NCBI GenBank assembly: GCA_951406725.2
Contig: OX597820.1
Coordinates: forward strand, 64,480,001-64,544,000
Direction of reading: 5' to 3'
Length of the DNA stretch: 64,000 nt
From: Octopus vulgaris
Taxonomy: Eukaryota
Both the position numbers and the translations under genes were made by a program. A model generated the notes under the pieces. That model was not told the DNA's origin. It did not search any database and saw nothing but the letters and a program-made list of their open reading frames with translations. Below are positions 40,726 to 57,414 of the stretch, piece after piece. The first letter of the stretch is position 1; each line of letters opens with the position of its first letter.

Positions 40726-42503
40726 ATATATATATATTCACGGGTGACTTCAAATCCTGGAGCAAACTGTGAGTTGTGTGTTCCTGAGTAACAAAAAAAT
40801 TTTCATCTGACTTAGTTCTGTGGTCTCCTTCACAGCCGATGTGAGGCACACCGTGCATATGATCAACCAACGTGGATTTGACGGAGAGAATAAGCTAATG
40901 TACAACACAAATTATGTAAACAAACTTCTTTGTGGCGGGGAGCGACAATGTGTTTCATATTCTGAGTCTCGTGTGCGAGTCCCGTGGCTGTCTACCGTCA
41001 ACTTCTTCCGTCTTGTAAGGGTATGATGCCCAAACTTTATGCTGTATAATGTATGCGAAATACTACTTTCTTGTCAGTATAATACAGCACAAATATTCTA
41101 TTACTGTAAACAACACATTTCTTCAGTTTTTTCGGCAAAGAATGGAGAAACCATATTTCTCGTTCTACGTGAGAATACTACATACATATATTTTCTCAAA
41201 ACGAAGTGCCCAAGGTTAAAGTATATAATTGCTTTTGGACTCACCGATTTGTCATGAATACACACGCTTACAAGCACATACACAAGCTTCCTGGCAGTTT
41301 CCGTCTAGTAGATTTCATACAAAAGTCTTTAGTAACAACACCATAATAGAAGATATTTGCCCAATCGTTCGAGCGCTGAAATCCAACGTTGATCCAAGCG
41401 TTTGCGTAACGAGCTTATTAGCAACACATTTATGTTTGTTCTCATATTAAACTTTAGGATCCAGAAATATATAGGATTTTTTTTATGTTGTCACAATCTA
41501 GGATTTCCACTTCAATTTTCACCTAAATGCATCAAAATTCATTCCACTGGAAGAATGATATTTTATTAGAATTCTTCGCAAATAGATAAATAAATACAAA
41601 TAATAAAAAATATATCATTTAACCACACCTGGATGGGTTTGATTCAGTTTACGGCTGCCTACCCCATTTAGGTATGTGAGTCATAAATATATTAAAGGAA
41701 GGAAAATATATGTGTATTCGAAAGGGAGAGAGAGGGGGGAGAGAAGGAGAGTGTGAGTTAGGGAGAAGAAAAGAAAGAGAGAGACAGAGTTAGAAAAGGA
41801 GAGAGAAATGAGAAAGAGAAAGACAAGAACGAAAATTATGCTGTAATTTTTGGCGTTTCATTTCAAGGTCGTTGACGCAAGACAGAGCTAAAAAGAAAAT
41901 TTTAAAATAGGTAAACTTCGCGAGAAAGAAAAGTAGTCGTCAAACAACGAAGGCAACCTCCATTTGATAGCTCAAGCACCTCATAAAATATATACATAAA
42001 CAAACACATTGAAAATATATAAGGGTAAGGCTTGGAACAATGCGAGAACATATGAAGTAAACTACAAAAAGAAAACAAAACAAATCAGGGTTGGAGTTTA
42101 ACCTTATATTTCTCTAATTCGGGTCTATGTCCCTTTTTTCGGGACCTGTAGAAAAAAGCAAAGAATGGAATAGGTCGGTTCAACTTAAGAGATGAGATGA
42201 AACAGAACAAATTTAATATTAGCAATTGGGACAATGAAATCACAAAGATAATGACAAACACATATACATAAAGGGAATTTAAGAAAAGAAACCGCAGGTA
42301 AGTATTGGTCCCTACGTACGTTTCTCCATTGCAGATATTTGGAACTCACAATTGCTTATTTCCGCCGCTTCTGGCTGCTTCACGGCCGTGGATCGTTGCG
42401 GGTGCTTATTCTGGTATTTTGTTGCATAGATATAATGTCGGAAATTAGACATACGGTGATGTATTGTATACGTATTTAGGGAAGAAGAAACCTCCACACA
42501 CAA

Positions 42504-43976
<1,473 letters not shown>

Positions 43977-44796
43977 TACATACATACATGAATAACAAAT
44001 AAAAGACAGAAGATCGAATATATGAGTATATATCATAAATCACAACAATTGTTTCGACATACTCCTCTTGTGTGTCTACATACATAATGCACACATATAT
44101 ACATAGGTGCATGTACATTCATACATACATACATACATACTTACATACATACATAATGTGCGAGCGAAATTTTTTTTATTCTTATCCGTGACATCATATT
44201 TCTTACATCAGGATAGGTTACATTTGTTTCTGTGGAAGCAAATGAAATTATTTCTTGATTAATAAAACATGCAAGGAAAATTTGAATCCTGCAGTAATTT
44301 AATATTGTGTTTCCGGGGAAAAAATTTCCTTCATATTGTCTCGAATATTCTCCACGTGAAATCTAGTTAAAGTGTTTTGTGCAGTTGTCACTTTTTATAC
44401 AAATTGTCGTCGCTCGTTATCATATTTTCATATCTCATAAATATAGGTCACGGCAATTATATTTATGCTTGACTTGAAAGTAAGACAACTTGGAGTTTCT
44501 CAGAGTTACAAGCCACAAATGTATAGGAAAAATGAAATGAAAAACAATCAGTGATGGCGTTTTTATACACCAAACTGATAAAGATTTTATGAACACCCAA
44601 ATACAGTTTCTTAAAACTTGTAACGTCTTACAGCGTAAAGAAGAAACAAAAATCATTCGTTAACGTCATCGTTATGAGTAATTGTAAGAAATTGTGGCAA
44701 ATCTCGGAAATATATAAAAGCCTTCCTAAAATACTTCAGGAAACGTCGTGGAAGAAAAAAGAAAGCACATGAGCAATACATATAACAACAATACAT

Positions 44797-45013
44797 ATTT
44801 CTTTACTACCCACAAGGGGCTAAACACAGAGAGGACAAACAAGGACAGACAAACGATAATTCGACCCCATTGTGTAACTGGTACTTATTTAATCGACGCC
44901 GAAAGGATGAAAGGCAAAGTCGACCCCGGCGGAATTTGAACTCAGAACGTAGCGGCAGACGAAATACCGCTCAGCATTTCGCCCAGCGTGCTACCGATTC
45001 TGCCAGCTCGCCG
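44797..45013 (-). mobile_element. SINE family B
   Basis: Reverse-complement match to 38811-39040. Confidence 0.9.
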
Positions 45014-46259
45014 CATAATAAAATGGAGAATAGTTATGACTCGGTAATTAATGCTAGAAGTCTTTGGCAGTTACTCCGAGATGGGATCTTGGAAGATGAC
45101 ACAACTTCGCTGCACTAGAGATGAAGGTTGAATGTTGCGGATCCAATGATTTTTATCCTTGCACTGTATTCATGTTTATTCACTCTCATACATACACATA
45201 CACTCATACGCAAACATATAGATATCATATATGTATGTACCCATCTACCAATTTCCCCGTCGATATAAATACAAACACACACACACACACATAGTGAAAT
45301 AGAAGGACAACATGACAGCAGAAAAACAGACAGTAAGATAGTCAGAGAGACAGCTAAAAAGGAGAGAGATAAAAAGTGTCGAGATGTAGACAAAATTATC
45401 AGTATCTGCGTATACATACTCATTCATGTATCATCTATACTTTTACTAACACATTCATGCGTATTCATACATATATACATACGTAGAAGATCGTATTCAT
45501 ATACACTTGCATGTATGTACAAATACAAACATGTATATATACACACATACATGAATACATAGATAAAATATTTACTTATATATATATGTAGAGGGAAGGA
45601 GATAAAGAGGTAGAGCTAGGAGGAGACATAGGTAGAGAGAGGGTTGGTTAGTTGGATTTTTAATGGGTGGATGAAGAGAGTTTGATAAGGAAGTAAATAA
45701 TAGATAGTTTGATGCTATAGATAAAAGGATGGTTGTTCGCATGAACGTGATATAAAACGTGGGATGGCTGTAAGGATAGGGGTGATGTGACGAATGGATG
45801 GACACCACACGGTGTAAGGCAGGTTAAATTCGGTGTTGTTTGACACGTGACACAAGGGATATTAACAGGCAAGCTTAGATATCTAGGAAAATAGTATTAA
45901 AGCAGGAACCAAACGCAAGTTGTTTGTCACTTGGGATTGAAGCGTGCTGTTGGCTTTCTTGCCTACAGGACCATCTGTAGCTCTGTTTAGAGTTCCGTGC
46001 TTCGTAGACATAACAGTGTGCAACATACGTGATCATGGCGATCATTCGATGTGTGGATTTAATGTAAGTGTGAATGTATGGATATAATGTAAGTTTGCAT
46101 GGAATGTATGTAAATATATAAGTATGTGTGCATAGGTACGTATGATTATGTCAAAGTATATTAAGTATATACACGATATGTTTATGTGTATGTGTGTATG
46201 AGAATGCTTGTGAATATGTATGTCTGCGTATAGATGTGTATGCGTGTGCATGTATATAG

Positions 46260-46325
<66 letters not shown>

Positions 46326-46335
46326 ATGCGTGTGC

Positions 46336-46368
<33 letters not shown>

Positions 46369-46380
46369 CGTGCGCATATG

Positions 46381-46760
46381 CAGGCTTGGGTGCGTTGTAA
46401 GAAGCTTGTTTCCTATCCATCTGATTCTGGGTTCAGTCCCACTGAGTGGCATCTTCAGAAGTTTCTGCCACCGTAGCCTCGGGTGAGCTAAGATTTTGCG
46501 AGTGGATTTGGTAGACGGAAACTAAAAGAAGCCCGTCGTATATATATGTGTATATATGTATGTCTGTGTCTGTCCTTCCACCATCGCTTTACAACCGATG
46601 TTGGTGTATCTATGTTCCCTTAACTTAGTGGTTCTGCATTAAAAAAAACGCTAAAAAGTATTAGGCTTACAAAGAATAAGTCGTGGGTTCATTTGTTCGA
46701 CAAAAGGCGGTGCTCCAGCTCGGCAGCCGCCAGATGACTGAATGAAGTAAAAGAATAAAT
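46381..46760 (+). mobile_element. SINE family A
   Basis: Match to 39479-39872. Confidence 0.88.
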
Positions 46761-47095
46761 GAATTATAAAATATATGTAAGTGTGAATGTATACACATAC
46801 AAAACACACACATACACACACGTATATATGTATATATATATATTTATGCATATATATATATATACATACATATATATACATATATATATATATTTATATA
46901 TGTATATACGTATATACATATATTTATATATATTTATATATGTGTGAATTTATGAATACATGTGTGTGCGTGCGCGTGTATAAATTTGGTGGGAAGGCGT
47001 GCTTGTGTGGATATCTGTTTATGTAGATATATATATGTATATGTATATGTATATCACCTAACTGTCCGGATGTTTTGTGTTCTTATCCCATGTTG

Positions 47096-47147
<52 letters not shown>

Positions 47148-47150
<3 letters not shown>

Positions 47151-47270
47151 AGAATTCACAAAAAAGCAAAAGACGAAGACAGTTGGTGTAGACAACAGAC
47201 AGATGTATTAGTATAACGCTCGGGAATTGAAAAAGTCTTTAACGTTTCGAGCCTACGCTCTTCCACTGAA
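47148..47270 (-). mobile_element. pLTR-like 3' end with decayed HHR core
   Basis: cagtgga-A-GAGC-gtag-GCTC-GAAACGTTA; ends at (TA)n; matches 49905-50066. Confidence 0.6.
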
Positions 47271-47716
47271 AATAATAAGCCAGGAGAGAACTTTGTTCCT
47301 CTGCCTATGTGTACGTTCGTGTGCTACTGCGTAATAGTGGTGGACGTGGCCGTGGATATTTCTGTTTTATAAACGAAAACCTGTGTGCTCCTTGTGCGAA
47401 GCAGACAGTAAAAGAGGACCTGTATCCGAATATACGAGTTTATATTTGTGGACAGCAAGAAAAAAAAAAAAAACTAACGCAAAATCACACACGCTGACGC
47501 AAACCAGGAGACACGCACTTATACGCACACATTCACACATTCACGGACACACATATTTATGATGTAAGATTCGGAGTGCATATTTTGATCGAAAATTCTA
47601 ACTAATAATCTGCTTTGCGTATATATAGAGAACGCATATAGAAATTAACAATAAATCACTTTTCTCCCTCTCCGTTCCATCTATCTCGATTCTTCCTGTA
47701 TTTATGAGTATATATA

Positions 47717-47785
<69 letters not shown>

Positions 47786-47931
47786 ATATGTGCGCATGTG
47801 CCTCGGATCCTATGTACATGATCATATTAAAATATATTTATGTATATGTGTGTATTGACAGACAGATAGACACATTGAACAAATGTGTACGCACACATAT
47901 GTATACATAAATACATTCACATATATGTATG

Positions 47932-47984
<53 letters not shown>

Positions 47985-48038
47985 ATATGTATATATGTTT
48001 ATAGCTACATATGAATATATATATATATATGTATATAC

Positions 48039-48086
<48 letters not shown>

Positions 48087-49347
48087 GTACAAATTATATG
48101 TCTATATATATATATATAACGAGAATATGAAAACATAATTTATTTTGTATGTCTTCAATAGAGGTTAGTTCGCCATATGTATGCGATTCTGAGTACATGC
48201 GTAATTGTCTAATTCAATAGAGGAGGACGTTAAGTACCTGTATGATAATGAGCCCGTCTGCCATTACGAGTTTTAATGGCTTTTCAGACGGTGCTAATAT
48301 CTGGTTCTTTATTCGCTGTTCTGTATATCTATAAATCTCTCTACGATTGATTTTGCGTCTAATTGTCTGGATAACAGTATGTTTATCTATCTCTCTATCT
48401 ATCTTCCACCCTACTTTCCTACATATTTATCTATTTGTGTGTCTGTCTATCTGTCTGTATGCCTAGCTATGCATGTATGTATATATGTATATTTGTATTT
48501 ATGTATGTATCTAGTTATCTATCTACATATATGTATGTACGTGGATACGTTTGTATAATCACTTATCTCTTTTTTCTCTCTATCCATCTATCTTCATCTG
48601 TCTCAGTCTCTCTTTCTCTCTTTCTTTCCTTATCTCTCTCTCTGTCTGTAATTCTAACTTTCTCGCACTATATCTCTCTGTATCACTCCCGGTTGCTCTT
48701 TCCTAATATATACACACGAGTGCACCCCTACACGCACAATCACACACACACGCACACAAATACACACACATACACACACGCACAAGCACACAAACACTCT
48801 CACACATACCCACACATAAACATACATACAGGTAGAGAAGCATATACACAGCATGACCCATTTAAGAAACCAAATACAACTGTTTTGGACATCTAAAGGC
48901 AATCTAAACTCTGCAGTAAATTCACCAAAATTTTCCGTATTATTATAAATGGAGAGTGAAATGCAACCATCATACATGACACCACGTTAAGCATTACTAA
49001 AGTTTTTTTTTTTAATTCCTCAACTAAACGGCAAAGCAATGTTGATATGATTATCATTGTTGCCAAGATTTTGGTGACTCTAATCGGAAAATGTGTTTTG
49101 AAGTCCTACTGCAGCAGTTATGAAACAGTTTTAACGGACATTTGAGCACGAATTAAGAACATGCGAAGTGCCATTAATAGCCAAAGAAACTAAAATACTC
49201 CCAACATATAGCACAAGGAGCTGATAAGGAGTGACGACCTTGCATCCTTTCCTCAACTTCCCTCTCTGCCTTTCAGTTTCACTGTTTGTATCAATCAATC
49301 TATCTCTCTATCCATCTATCTATCAGTCTGTCTGTCTGTCTATGTAT

Positions 49348-49409
<62 letters not shown>

Positions 49410-49430
49410 GCATACATATGGTTTTTTTCA

Positions 49431-49520
49431 GAATGAGATATAAAAAACCAAGGCTGTGAAGATTTTAGAACATTTATAAATGTTCTAAAATCTTCACAGC
49501 CTTGTGTTTTTATCTCATTC
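49431..49520. repeat. Spacerless palindrome (perfect 56 bp at 49449-49504)
   Basis: CAAGGCTGTGAAGATTTTAGAACATTTA|TAAATGTTCTAAAATCTTCACAGCCTTG. Confidence 0.95.
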
Positions 49521-49724
49521 TCAAATTCTTTTTATATATACACACATGATATATGACCTACGTTGGACTCATTCGTATAATTGCCGAACCTGGAGCTTAA
49601 CTATGGTCTATCCATTGCACTTACCCACCATTACCCAACACCTTTGGGTCCTATTGAAACCATTACCCCTCATAACCTCTCTCTATCTCTCGCTCTCTCT
49701 CTCTCTATATATATATATAGACGG

Positions 49725-49729
49725 ATAGT

Positions 49730-49762
<33 letters not shown>

Positions 49763-49782
49763 ATAGATAGATAGATAGATAT

Positions 49783-49871
<89 letters not shown>

Positions 49872-49885
49872 GAGATAGAGAGATA
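49725..49885. repeat. (AGAT)n microsatellite
   Basis: Direct inspection. Confidence 0.95.
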
Positions 49886-49904
49886 GGTTGTTAGCCACTA
49901 CACA

Positions 49905-50063
49905 CATTTTTTTTTTCTCTCCTTGTTTCCTGTATTCCTTTCTGTAAAAGAGCGTAGGCTCGAAACGTAAAATAGTTTTTCTATTCCTGAGCGTTATACT
50001 AATACATCTGTTTGTTTTGTACACCACTTATCTTCGCCCTTTGTTGTCTTTTTCGTAAACTCT

Positions 50064-50066
<3 letters not shown>
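49905..50066 (+). mobile_element. pLTR-like 3' end with decayed HHR core
   Basis: CTGtaaA-A-GAGC-gtag-GCTC-GAAACGTA; followed by (TA)n; tail-only relatives at 3843-3907 and 12957-13007(-). Confidence 0.6.
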
Positions 50067-50162
<96 letters not shown>

Positions 50163-50264
50163 TACATATCTATATCTATACATATATCTGTGAATATATG
50201 TGTGTAAAGATATTGTATATGTATGTAAGCATATGCATATATGTATGGTTTTGTCATTGTATTT

Positions 50265-50480
50265 TTGTGTGTCCTCCACCACCACTTGACATCCGGTGCA
50301 GGTTTGTTTACCACCCATAAGTTGACAGTTCAGCAAAAGTAACCGCTAGAATAAATGCCAGATTTCAAAAATATAGTGAGTAGTGTTATCGATCTGTTCA
50401 ACTAATACTCCTCGAGGTGGTGCCCCAGCATAGCCGCAGTTTAATGACAGAGAGAAGTAAAAGATAAAGAGTGATAAAAG
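50265..50480 (+). mobile_element. SINE family A, 3' half
   Basis: GGTGGTGCCCCAGCATAGCCGCAG tail. Confidence 0.75.
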
Positions 50481-51505
50481 ATATACTACATGGTTTTGCT
50501 GCTGCATAACTGACGTTTCTGAGGTCACCATTCGTATATCCCCACACTAATTCCAAAACATATTTAGAATTTGAAAGATCTTTAAATCTGTCCTGTCACT
50601 TACTTACACAATTGAAGAATTTTATGGAAGAACTTTTCGATGCATGATATGTAACTGTTGAATTCAATGATCAAGACTGTTAACAGTCATTTCTCTTTCC
50701 ATCTGCTGACATGTGCAGTCTATAGAAGTAATAATTAACGACTAAATATAACAGCAGTTCAGAATTTATTATGCAACCAAATAGTTATCTAAAAATATAA
50801 ACGCAAATATATGTGTGGCTGTAGAAGTATTGTTAATACATTAATTCATTTGTATTTGCCTCGTCACTAAAACTTTCACACACAGTTATACAATCTTCGG
50901 TGCGGGGAAAATTTTGTATTTGCTAGACCTAATTCAATTTACATGTCTGGCTAGGTTTCTTTAGATTATCAAATTAATGAGGTTGTAGCACGTGTGTTCT
51001 TGTTCTAAATATGTGATCGTCTGCATATGTATGAGCGTACGTGTGTTTGTCCATGTGTAGGTGAGTGTGCGTACCTATGCCCACCAGTGTGCGAATGTGA
51101 GCGTGTCTTGATGTACAAGTAGGAATAACTATTGGCAATACACGTAGTAGATTTTATTCCTTCGCTTCATACTGATCATTTCTTCGCTCTTGTCACTTCT
51201 CCAAATACCTCGTTGTGTTCACCACGTTTAGTGTCCTGGTATATCTATCGTTATGGCGTGTGTAAATGCACTGAGATAAACGCTTTGCCTTTAGTTTTTA
51301 TTGCCTTTTCATTCCGCTGTAACGTAAATTATATCGCGAGCCAATACATCCTCGGTAAATCTGTCTTCAAATGTTTTCCTTTTTTTGTTTTTGCCTTAAC
51401 AACAGTGTTGTTTATTTAAACAACATATATTAGTTAAACCTTCTATGCATAATAAATATATCGCTCATTTAATTAACAAGTGAAAAAAAGACAACGAGAG
51501 ATAAC

Positions 51506-51515
51506 TGATGATGAC

Positions 51516-51558
<43 letters not shown>

Positions 51559-51836
51559 CTGATGATGATGAAGATGATGATGATGATGATGATGATGAAG
51601 ATGATGATGATGATGATGGTGGTGGTAGTGGTGGTGGTGGTGGTGATGACGATGGTGGTGGTAGTGGTGGTATTGGTGATTATGATGATGATGATGATGA
51701 TGATGATGATGGTGGTGGTAGTGGTGGTGGTGGTGGTGATGATGATGATGATGATGATGGTGGTGGTAGTGGTGGGTGATGATGATGATGATGATGATGA
51801 TGATGGTGGTAGTGGTGGTGGTGGTGGTGGTGGTGG

Positions 51837-51875
<39 letters not shown>

Positions 51876-51930
51876 CGATGACGATGATGATGATGATGAT
51901 GATGGTGTTGTAGTTGTTTTTTGTTGGTGG
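51506..51930. repeat. Compound (GAT)n/(GGT)n microsatellite
   Basis: Direct inspection. Confidence 0.95.
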
Positions 51931-52971
51931 TAGTCTGGTAGTTCGAAAAATGTTGGTAAGACGTTCTCCAATTTGTTGCAAATGATATAAACAAATGATT
52001 TGTCTATAGTGAACAAATGATTGTGCTGTCCAATTGCTCACTTCCTCCATTAAATCGACGTAACCTGAACAGGTGTACGTTATACCACGCAACAGGTGTC
52101 GACGCAATCGCAGGGCAACGTGAAATGAGGATTTTTTTTTACTCAAGAACACAAGGTTCAACACTACCCGGTTCAAGAATTGAAACTACAATCTCGCGAT
52201 CGGGACTACATCAACCTACTTCTAGTTTATGAACCTCAGACAACAAACAATTATTTGCATCAAATCTACTCATAATATATACTTCAGACAACGTTGGTAA
52301 CGTTGGTATTATATATACTTCAAAGTTGGTGGAATAAAGAATCACCAAAATATACATTAGAGAAAACACTATTTAAATTTAAAGAAAGACGCGAAATTCT
52401 TCAGAGACATATTATTATTTCGGAAGTTTCATATTCATTGAATTCTGTCTGTCCGATTAATGTATTTCTTTTTGTGGTGTGTAATTTGTACAGCAGCAAG
52501 TTATACAATTATTATTTCGTTTCTCGTGTGTTTCTTTCACAAGATTTTTAAACAATTTCAGATTGAAGAAATATTAATATTGTTTTAAAGTTCCACACCG
52601 AACAGAAGGTGAGAATTAGAAGAGAATCGCTGTCCCAAGGGAATATACGAAAACGTGGGTAACTGTGACAAAGATGGTGAGGGTAAATGGCCCTGCACTG
52701 AGCATGCGCATGTAGATTGAAGAACAACAGTTGGGTAAGGACTTGTGCCTTCGATGTTCGGGTGATTCTTGATTAGTCTTAGTTGTTTTTTTTTTTATTT
52801 CTGTTTAGAGGAATAAATACTTTTATCACATTCATTTGTCATTTCTATTTATTTCTCCTCATGGCTTAGGTAAACTCCCCTGCAATACAGGCGGCCTTGT
52901 GATGTTCCTTTCATCTATGCTCCTGTGGTAAATAAATGAAATCATCATCACCATCATCATCATCATCATCA

Positions 52972-53013
<42 letters not shown>

Positions 53014-53072
53014 ATTTGGTTTTGAAATAGTCTTTTGATTTCTAATTAGCTGTGATATATTTACTGATACAA

Positions 53073-53466
53073 CTAGCAGTATCGCCCGGCATTGCTCGGG
53101 TTTGTAAGGGAAATAACTATATAAGCATTTTTAGAGATGTAAAGTATAATAGCCATCTCAATATGGCTAACCACAAAGCGGGGGGTTAATATAGGTTTTT
53201 ACGTTCTGAAATTTAATAATACATTTTTAGAGAGTTACTTCCCTTATATAATAGCAAACAAAAGCATTAAAAATGGGAAAAAATGATGGTAATTTTTTTT
53301 TAAATCGTAGCCTCATCGTAGACGCGCGCTAATACCCAGAAGGGCTCGATATGAATCACGACTATAAGATACCCGGTTTTGGTTAAACTGCACCGCAAAA
53401 TGTGGGAGTAGTTAGGAATCTAAATCGTAGGAGACAGACACACAACCTTACTTTTATATATAAAGA
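53073..53466 (-). mobile_element. Complete non-autonomous Helitron, 394 bp
   Basis: 5' TC (TCTTTATATATAAAAG), 3' hairpin CCCGAGCAATGCCGGG followed by CTAG, inserted between A and T with no TSD. Confidence 0.85.
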
Positions 53467-54378
53467 TGTTACACAATGTATTGGATATTTACCGTCCCCC
53501 TCACCTCATGGACAAGGGCATTTACCTCTGAGGACAACGATTAATTATTTAAAAGAGGAGAGAAGTAATTAACCAAGGAGAGGGGGTAATTGTCCCAGGG
53601 AGTAGTTGCCGTGGGGGGAAATTGTCGTAGTGGGGTAATTGTCCTGATATGATTTAGTCTGTGGATAAAAAATATAACGTTTAAATTACGACAACAAAAT
53701 TGCGTATAAAAAGAGAGAAACAAAAAATAAGTAAATAAACAGATAGATAGGGATACTGGCTAAATACACAAATTTATCAACATCAGTCAATGATTGTCTC
53801 ACATTAGGCTTCACCCAGTGTAGTTTGGCACGTTTCGATTGTCTTTTTCAAGCTGATTATTAGATACACCAGGGGCCCCTAATTGTAGGGGCCCCAAATG
53901 ACGCCTAATTGTAGTATTTTATATATAAATATGGATATTCAATTAAATTAACACAATTGTCAATGTCATCTAGTGGTTGTGTTTTGAGTGAGATGTGACG
54001 TCGGTCATCGTTTGTTACTGAAAGAACGCTGGTTCACACATGCATTCACATACTTTCCTTGTACACGCACATACATTCACACATATACACATATACTCAA
54101 ACGCTGTTTGATTTTTCTTTTCATCGTTGAATGTTCACCCTCCCACTTCCAGTGTACATAAACACACACACACGCACGCACACATACACTCACACACAAA
54201 CATTCATATAACTCTCTTTTAAATACACACATATATACTCACACAGAGTTGAAACGCTGTTCGATTTTTTCCATCTTTTCCTTCCTTATTCATCCTTATT
54301 CATTAGTAATTAATAATTCTACCAAGTAGTGTTCAGCATGATAAAAGGACCATTTACGGTAAACTTAAACATTATATA

Positions 54379-54438
<60 letters not shown>

Positions 54439-54440
<2 letters not shown>

Positions 54441-54810
54441 TAATTGAATGAATTATCTTATTAAGGATAATTCGAAAGCTAACCGATACCTGGGTAGCAA
54501 ATTCACATCAGAAAGAACACGGTTGAAGCTACGTCCCTAGGCCATAGACTACGTGTCTTCGTGCGGAAAATTGTATGTTTATTTTAAAATTATAAGTATA
54601 TGAAAGGATGGAGTTGAACGACTAGTTAACAAATATCCTTTATTCTCGACATATGTTTCGCAGGCTGCGTATTCCTAATTCCGAAGGAATAAGGAGTACA
54701 TTATGCAGATTTCTCATCAGGAAAATCAAGGAACTTATGTAGACATCAAAATGCACAAAAAAACTTTTAGCTGACCGCTCTCAAGGAGCCCATGGCGATA
54801 ATGAGTGTCT
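54439..54810 (-). mobile_element. pLTR copy of the 13-kb family with HHR at 54644-54724, 3' end fused to (TA)n
   Basis: Alignable to 13235-13568 on the opposite strand. Confidence 0.85.
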
Positions 54811-55077
54811 CTTTATATTGAGTGACGTCAGAGTGGTTGAATGTAGAAGAATCTAGAAGTTTCTAAAGGTTCAAGAGTTCAAACGAAGTAGGAGGAGGGA
54901 GGCATAAGAATAGTAAGGTGAGAGAGTGCAGGTCAAAAGAATGGTGGGTTTAAATGATTTCTTTTGTGAATGAATGCCTGTGTGTGTGACTGTATATAAC
55001 TGTCTTAATGTGTGTATGTGTGTGTCTGAATGCGTGATTGTGTTTATGGATGGGTAGATGTCAGAAAACTTACAGCT

Positions 55078-55189
55078 GTGAGTTTCATCAGAGCTACCGA
55101 ATAATTGTCACATATTACATTTACAGATAAATTCCTCTATGTACATAATATCGAGGTATCTTTCATTCTTTTGTTTTCTTACCATTTTT

Positions 55190-55193
<4 letters not shown>
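55078..55193 (+). mobile_element. 3' fragment of the 12790/26595 pLTR-like family
   Basis: GCTACCGAATAATTGTCACATATTACATTTACAGA..AATTCCTCTAT shared; ends in (TA)n. Confidence 0.75.
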
Positions 55194-55256
<63 letters not shown>

Positions 55257-55374
55257 CTTTATTAAAAATATATATTTCTTTATATATATATATGTACATA
55301 CAAATATATACATAGATATATATACAGAGAGAGAGAGAGAGAGAGAAAGGGAAAGAGTAAAAGAGAACGGAGAT

Positions 55375-55750
55375 GCTGACTGGTTCAGTCCAGTGCATGG
55401 CACGTTTAATATGTATTACTATACCCAGATACCGAGCAATATCTTGTGAGTGGCTTTAGTAGATGGAAACTGAGAGAAATTTGTCGTGTGAGTGTGTGTG
55501 TCTGTGCATGCACACGCGCATTCTTGTGAGTGTAATTGTTTGTGCCCGTGTCAGTGTTTGGCCCCCGACACCGCGGGACAAAAGGTTGGCGTGTTTACGT
55601 TGCCGTATAAAGAAAAGACACCGAAAGACTAAGTACTAGGCTTAAAACAAAAGGCCCATATGTCGAGTCATTTGGCTAAAATTCTTTATTACGATGCTCT
55701 AGCAGGGTTGCAGTCTAATGATTGAAACTACTGAAAGATAAAAGATAAAG
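55375..55750 (+). mobile_element. SINE family A, diverged
   Basis: GGTTCAGTCC, TTGTGAGTGG..GGAAACTGA and tail motifs. Confidence 0.75.
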
Positions 55751-56091
55751 TTATACATAAAAACACACATACAAACACACACTTGCACTCTGAGTCCCTG
55801 TATTACATCCGAATGCTATTAGCGTTCGTCGAAGGACCACAGATTCGCGTTAAGGAATATTTTCAAATGAAACTGGAGGCACATGAATTGCTCCAATAGA
55901 ATTTTAAGCAAATAGCAAATACCATAAGCTCTGTTCTATGTTCATAAAAGGGGATAAATTTTGGTATTAAATTTCTTATTTTTTTCTTTCTTTATACAAC
56001 TTGTTCCTTGGCCATACACCCAATTAAATCTCAGTACAAATATTTACAGTCTTACGCAGTTGTCTGCGTTAGAATATATGTGTATGTATGC

Positions 56092-56181
<90 letters not shown>

Positions 56182-56332
56182 GTATGTATGAATATATATA
56201 TATATATTTTTATATATATATATACACACACATATATATATATGCATAGGTGTTTGTATATATATGTATATATATATATATATGTATATTTATATATGTA
56301 TATATATATATACATATATATGTATGTATATA

Positions 56333-56373
<41 letters not shown>

Positions 56374-57114
56374 TCACATATACACACACATATCAGTATG
56401 TAAATATATATTTATGAGGCATGTTTGAATATGTTTGTGCGTGTGTGTGTGTGTGTATATGTGCGTGTGTGTGTGTGCGCACGCGCGTGTGTTTGCACAT
56501 ATCGCCATGTTTACATGTGCAAATACAATATACGCGCCCAATCGCAAACACATACATACTCATCATATATATCAGAGCACGACTTTCTTTCTAGAAAACG
56601 CTCATTATCGTCTCCGGTTGCTATTATGTGGTAATCCTGTACCCTAGCTTTTATGTAGAGAGGTTGACTAGTAATTTCTATTAACTTCAGTCCCTTACAG
56701 TCCCTTACAGAATGTTAGCATTCTTCACAATTGTTTCGTTTTTTTTTTCTGTTTTTTTTTTGTTCTAATTCCTTTTTACGCTGGCATTAAAAAACATTAA
56801 AAAATATATATATATATAATGATAATAACTAAGAAATAAAATAAAATAAATGGAACAAAATAAAAATGAGCACGAAGTAAAGAAAAAAATTCCCCCACCA
56901 ATTACAAACAAACCGAAATACGTTGCCGAAACGACAACCTTTAAATAAATCATAGCTAATAAAAGGCTTAAAGGAACAGAAAAGCACAGATGAATACGCG
57001 TTTTAAATACGAGATTTCGTTTAGGTCACTTGCATTGAAGTCAGGCACGAATTTAAGATTTCAGGAACAAAACGATGTGAACTTAAGCGTCAGTGTCGTC
57101 TATTTTTTAACTAC

Positions 57115-57414
<300 letters not shown>

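Noticed and set aside
42295-42303. Consensus splice donor CAG|GTAAGT after a purine-rich stretch
   Set aside because: A single 9-mer is expected by chance (another lies inside the LINE at 61549); no acceptor or ORF support.
51465-52176. His-rich or Asp/Gly-rich ORFs up to 235 aa
   Set aside because: Open in several frames on both strands only because of (GAT)/(GGT) repeats.
52693-52712. NRF1-like GCATGCGCA motif as a promoter
   Set aside because: Isolated motif; similar words are common in the TG/CA-derived background.
53500-53650. Repeated GGGG(T/A)AATTGTC motifs suggesting a MITE
   Set aside because: No clear terminal inverted repeats or TSD identified.
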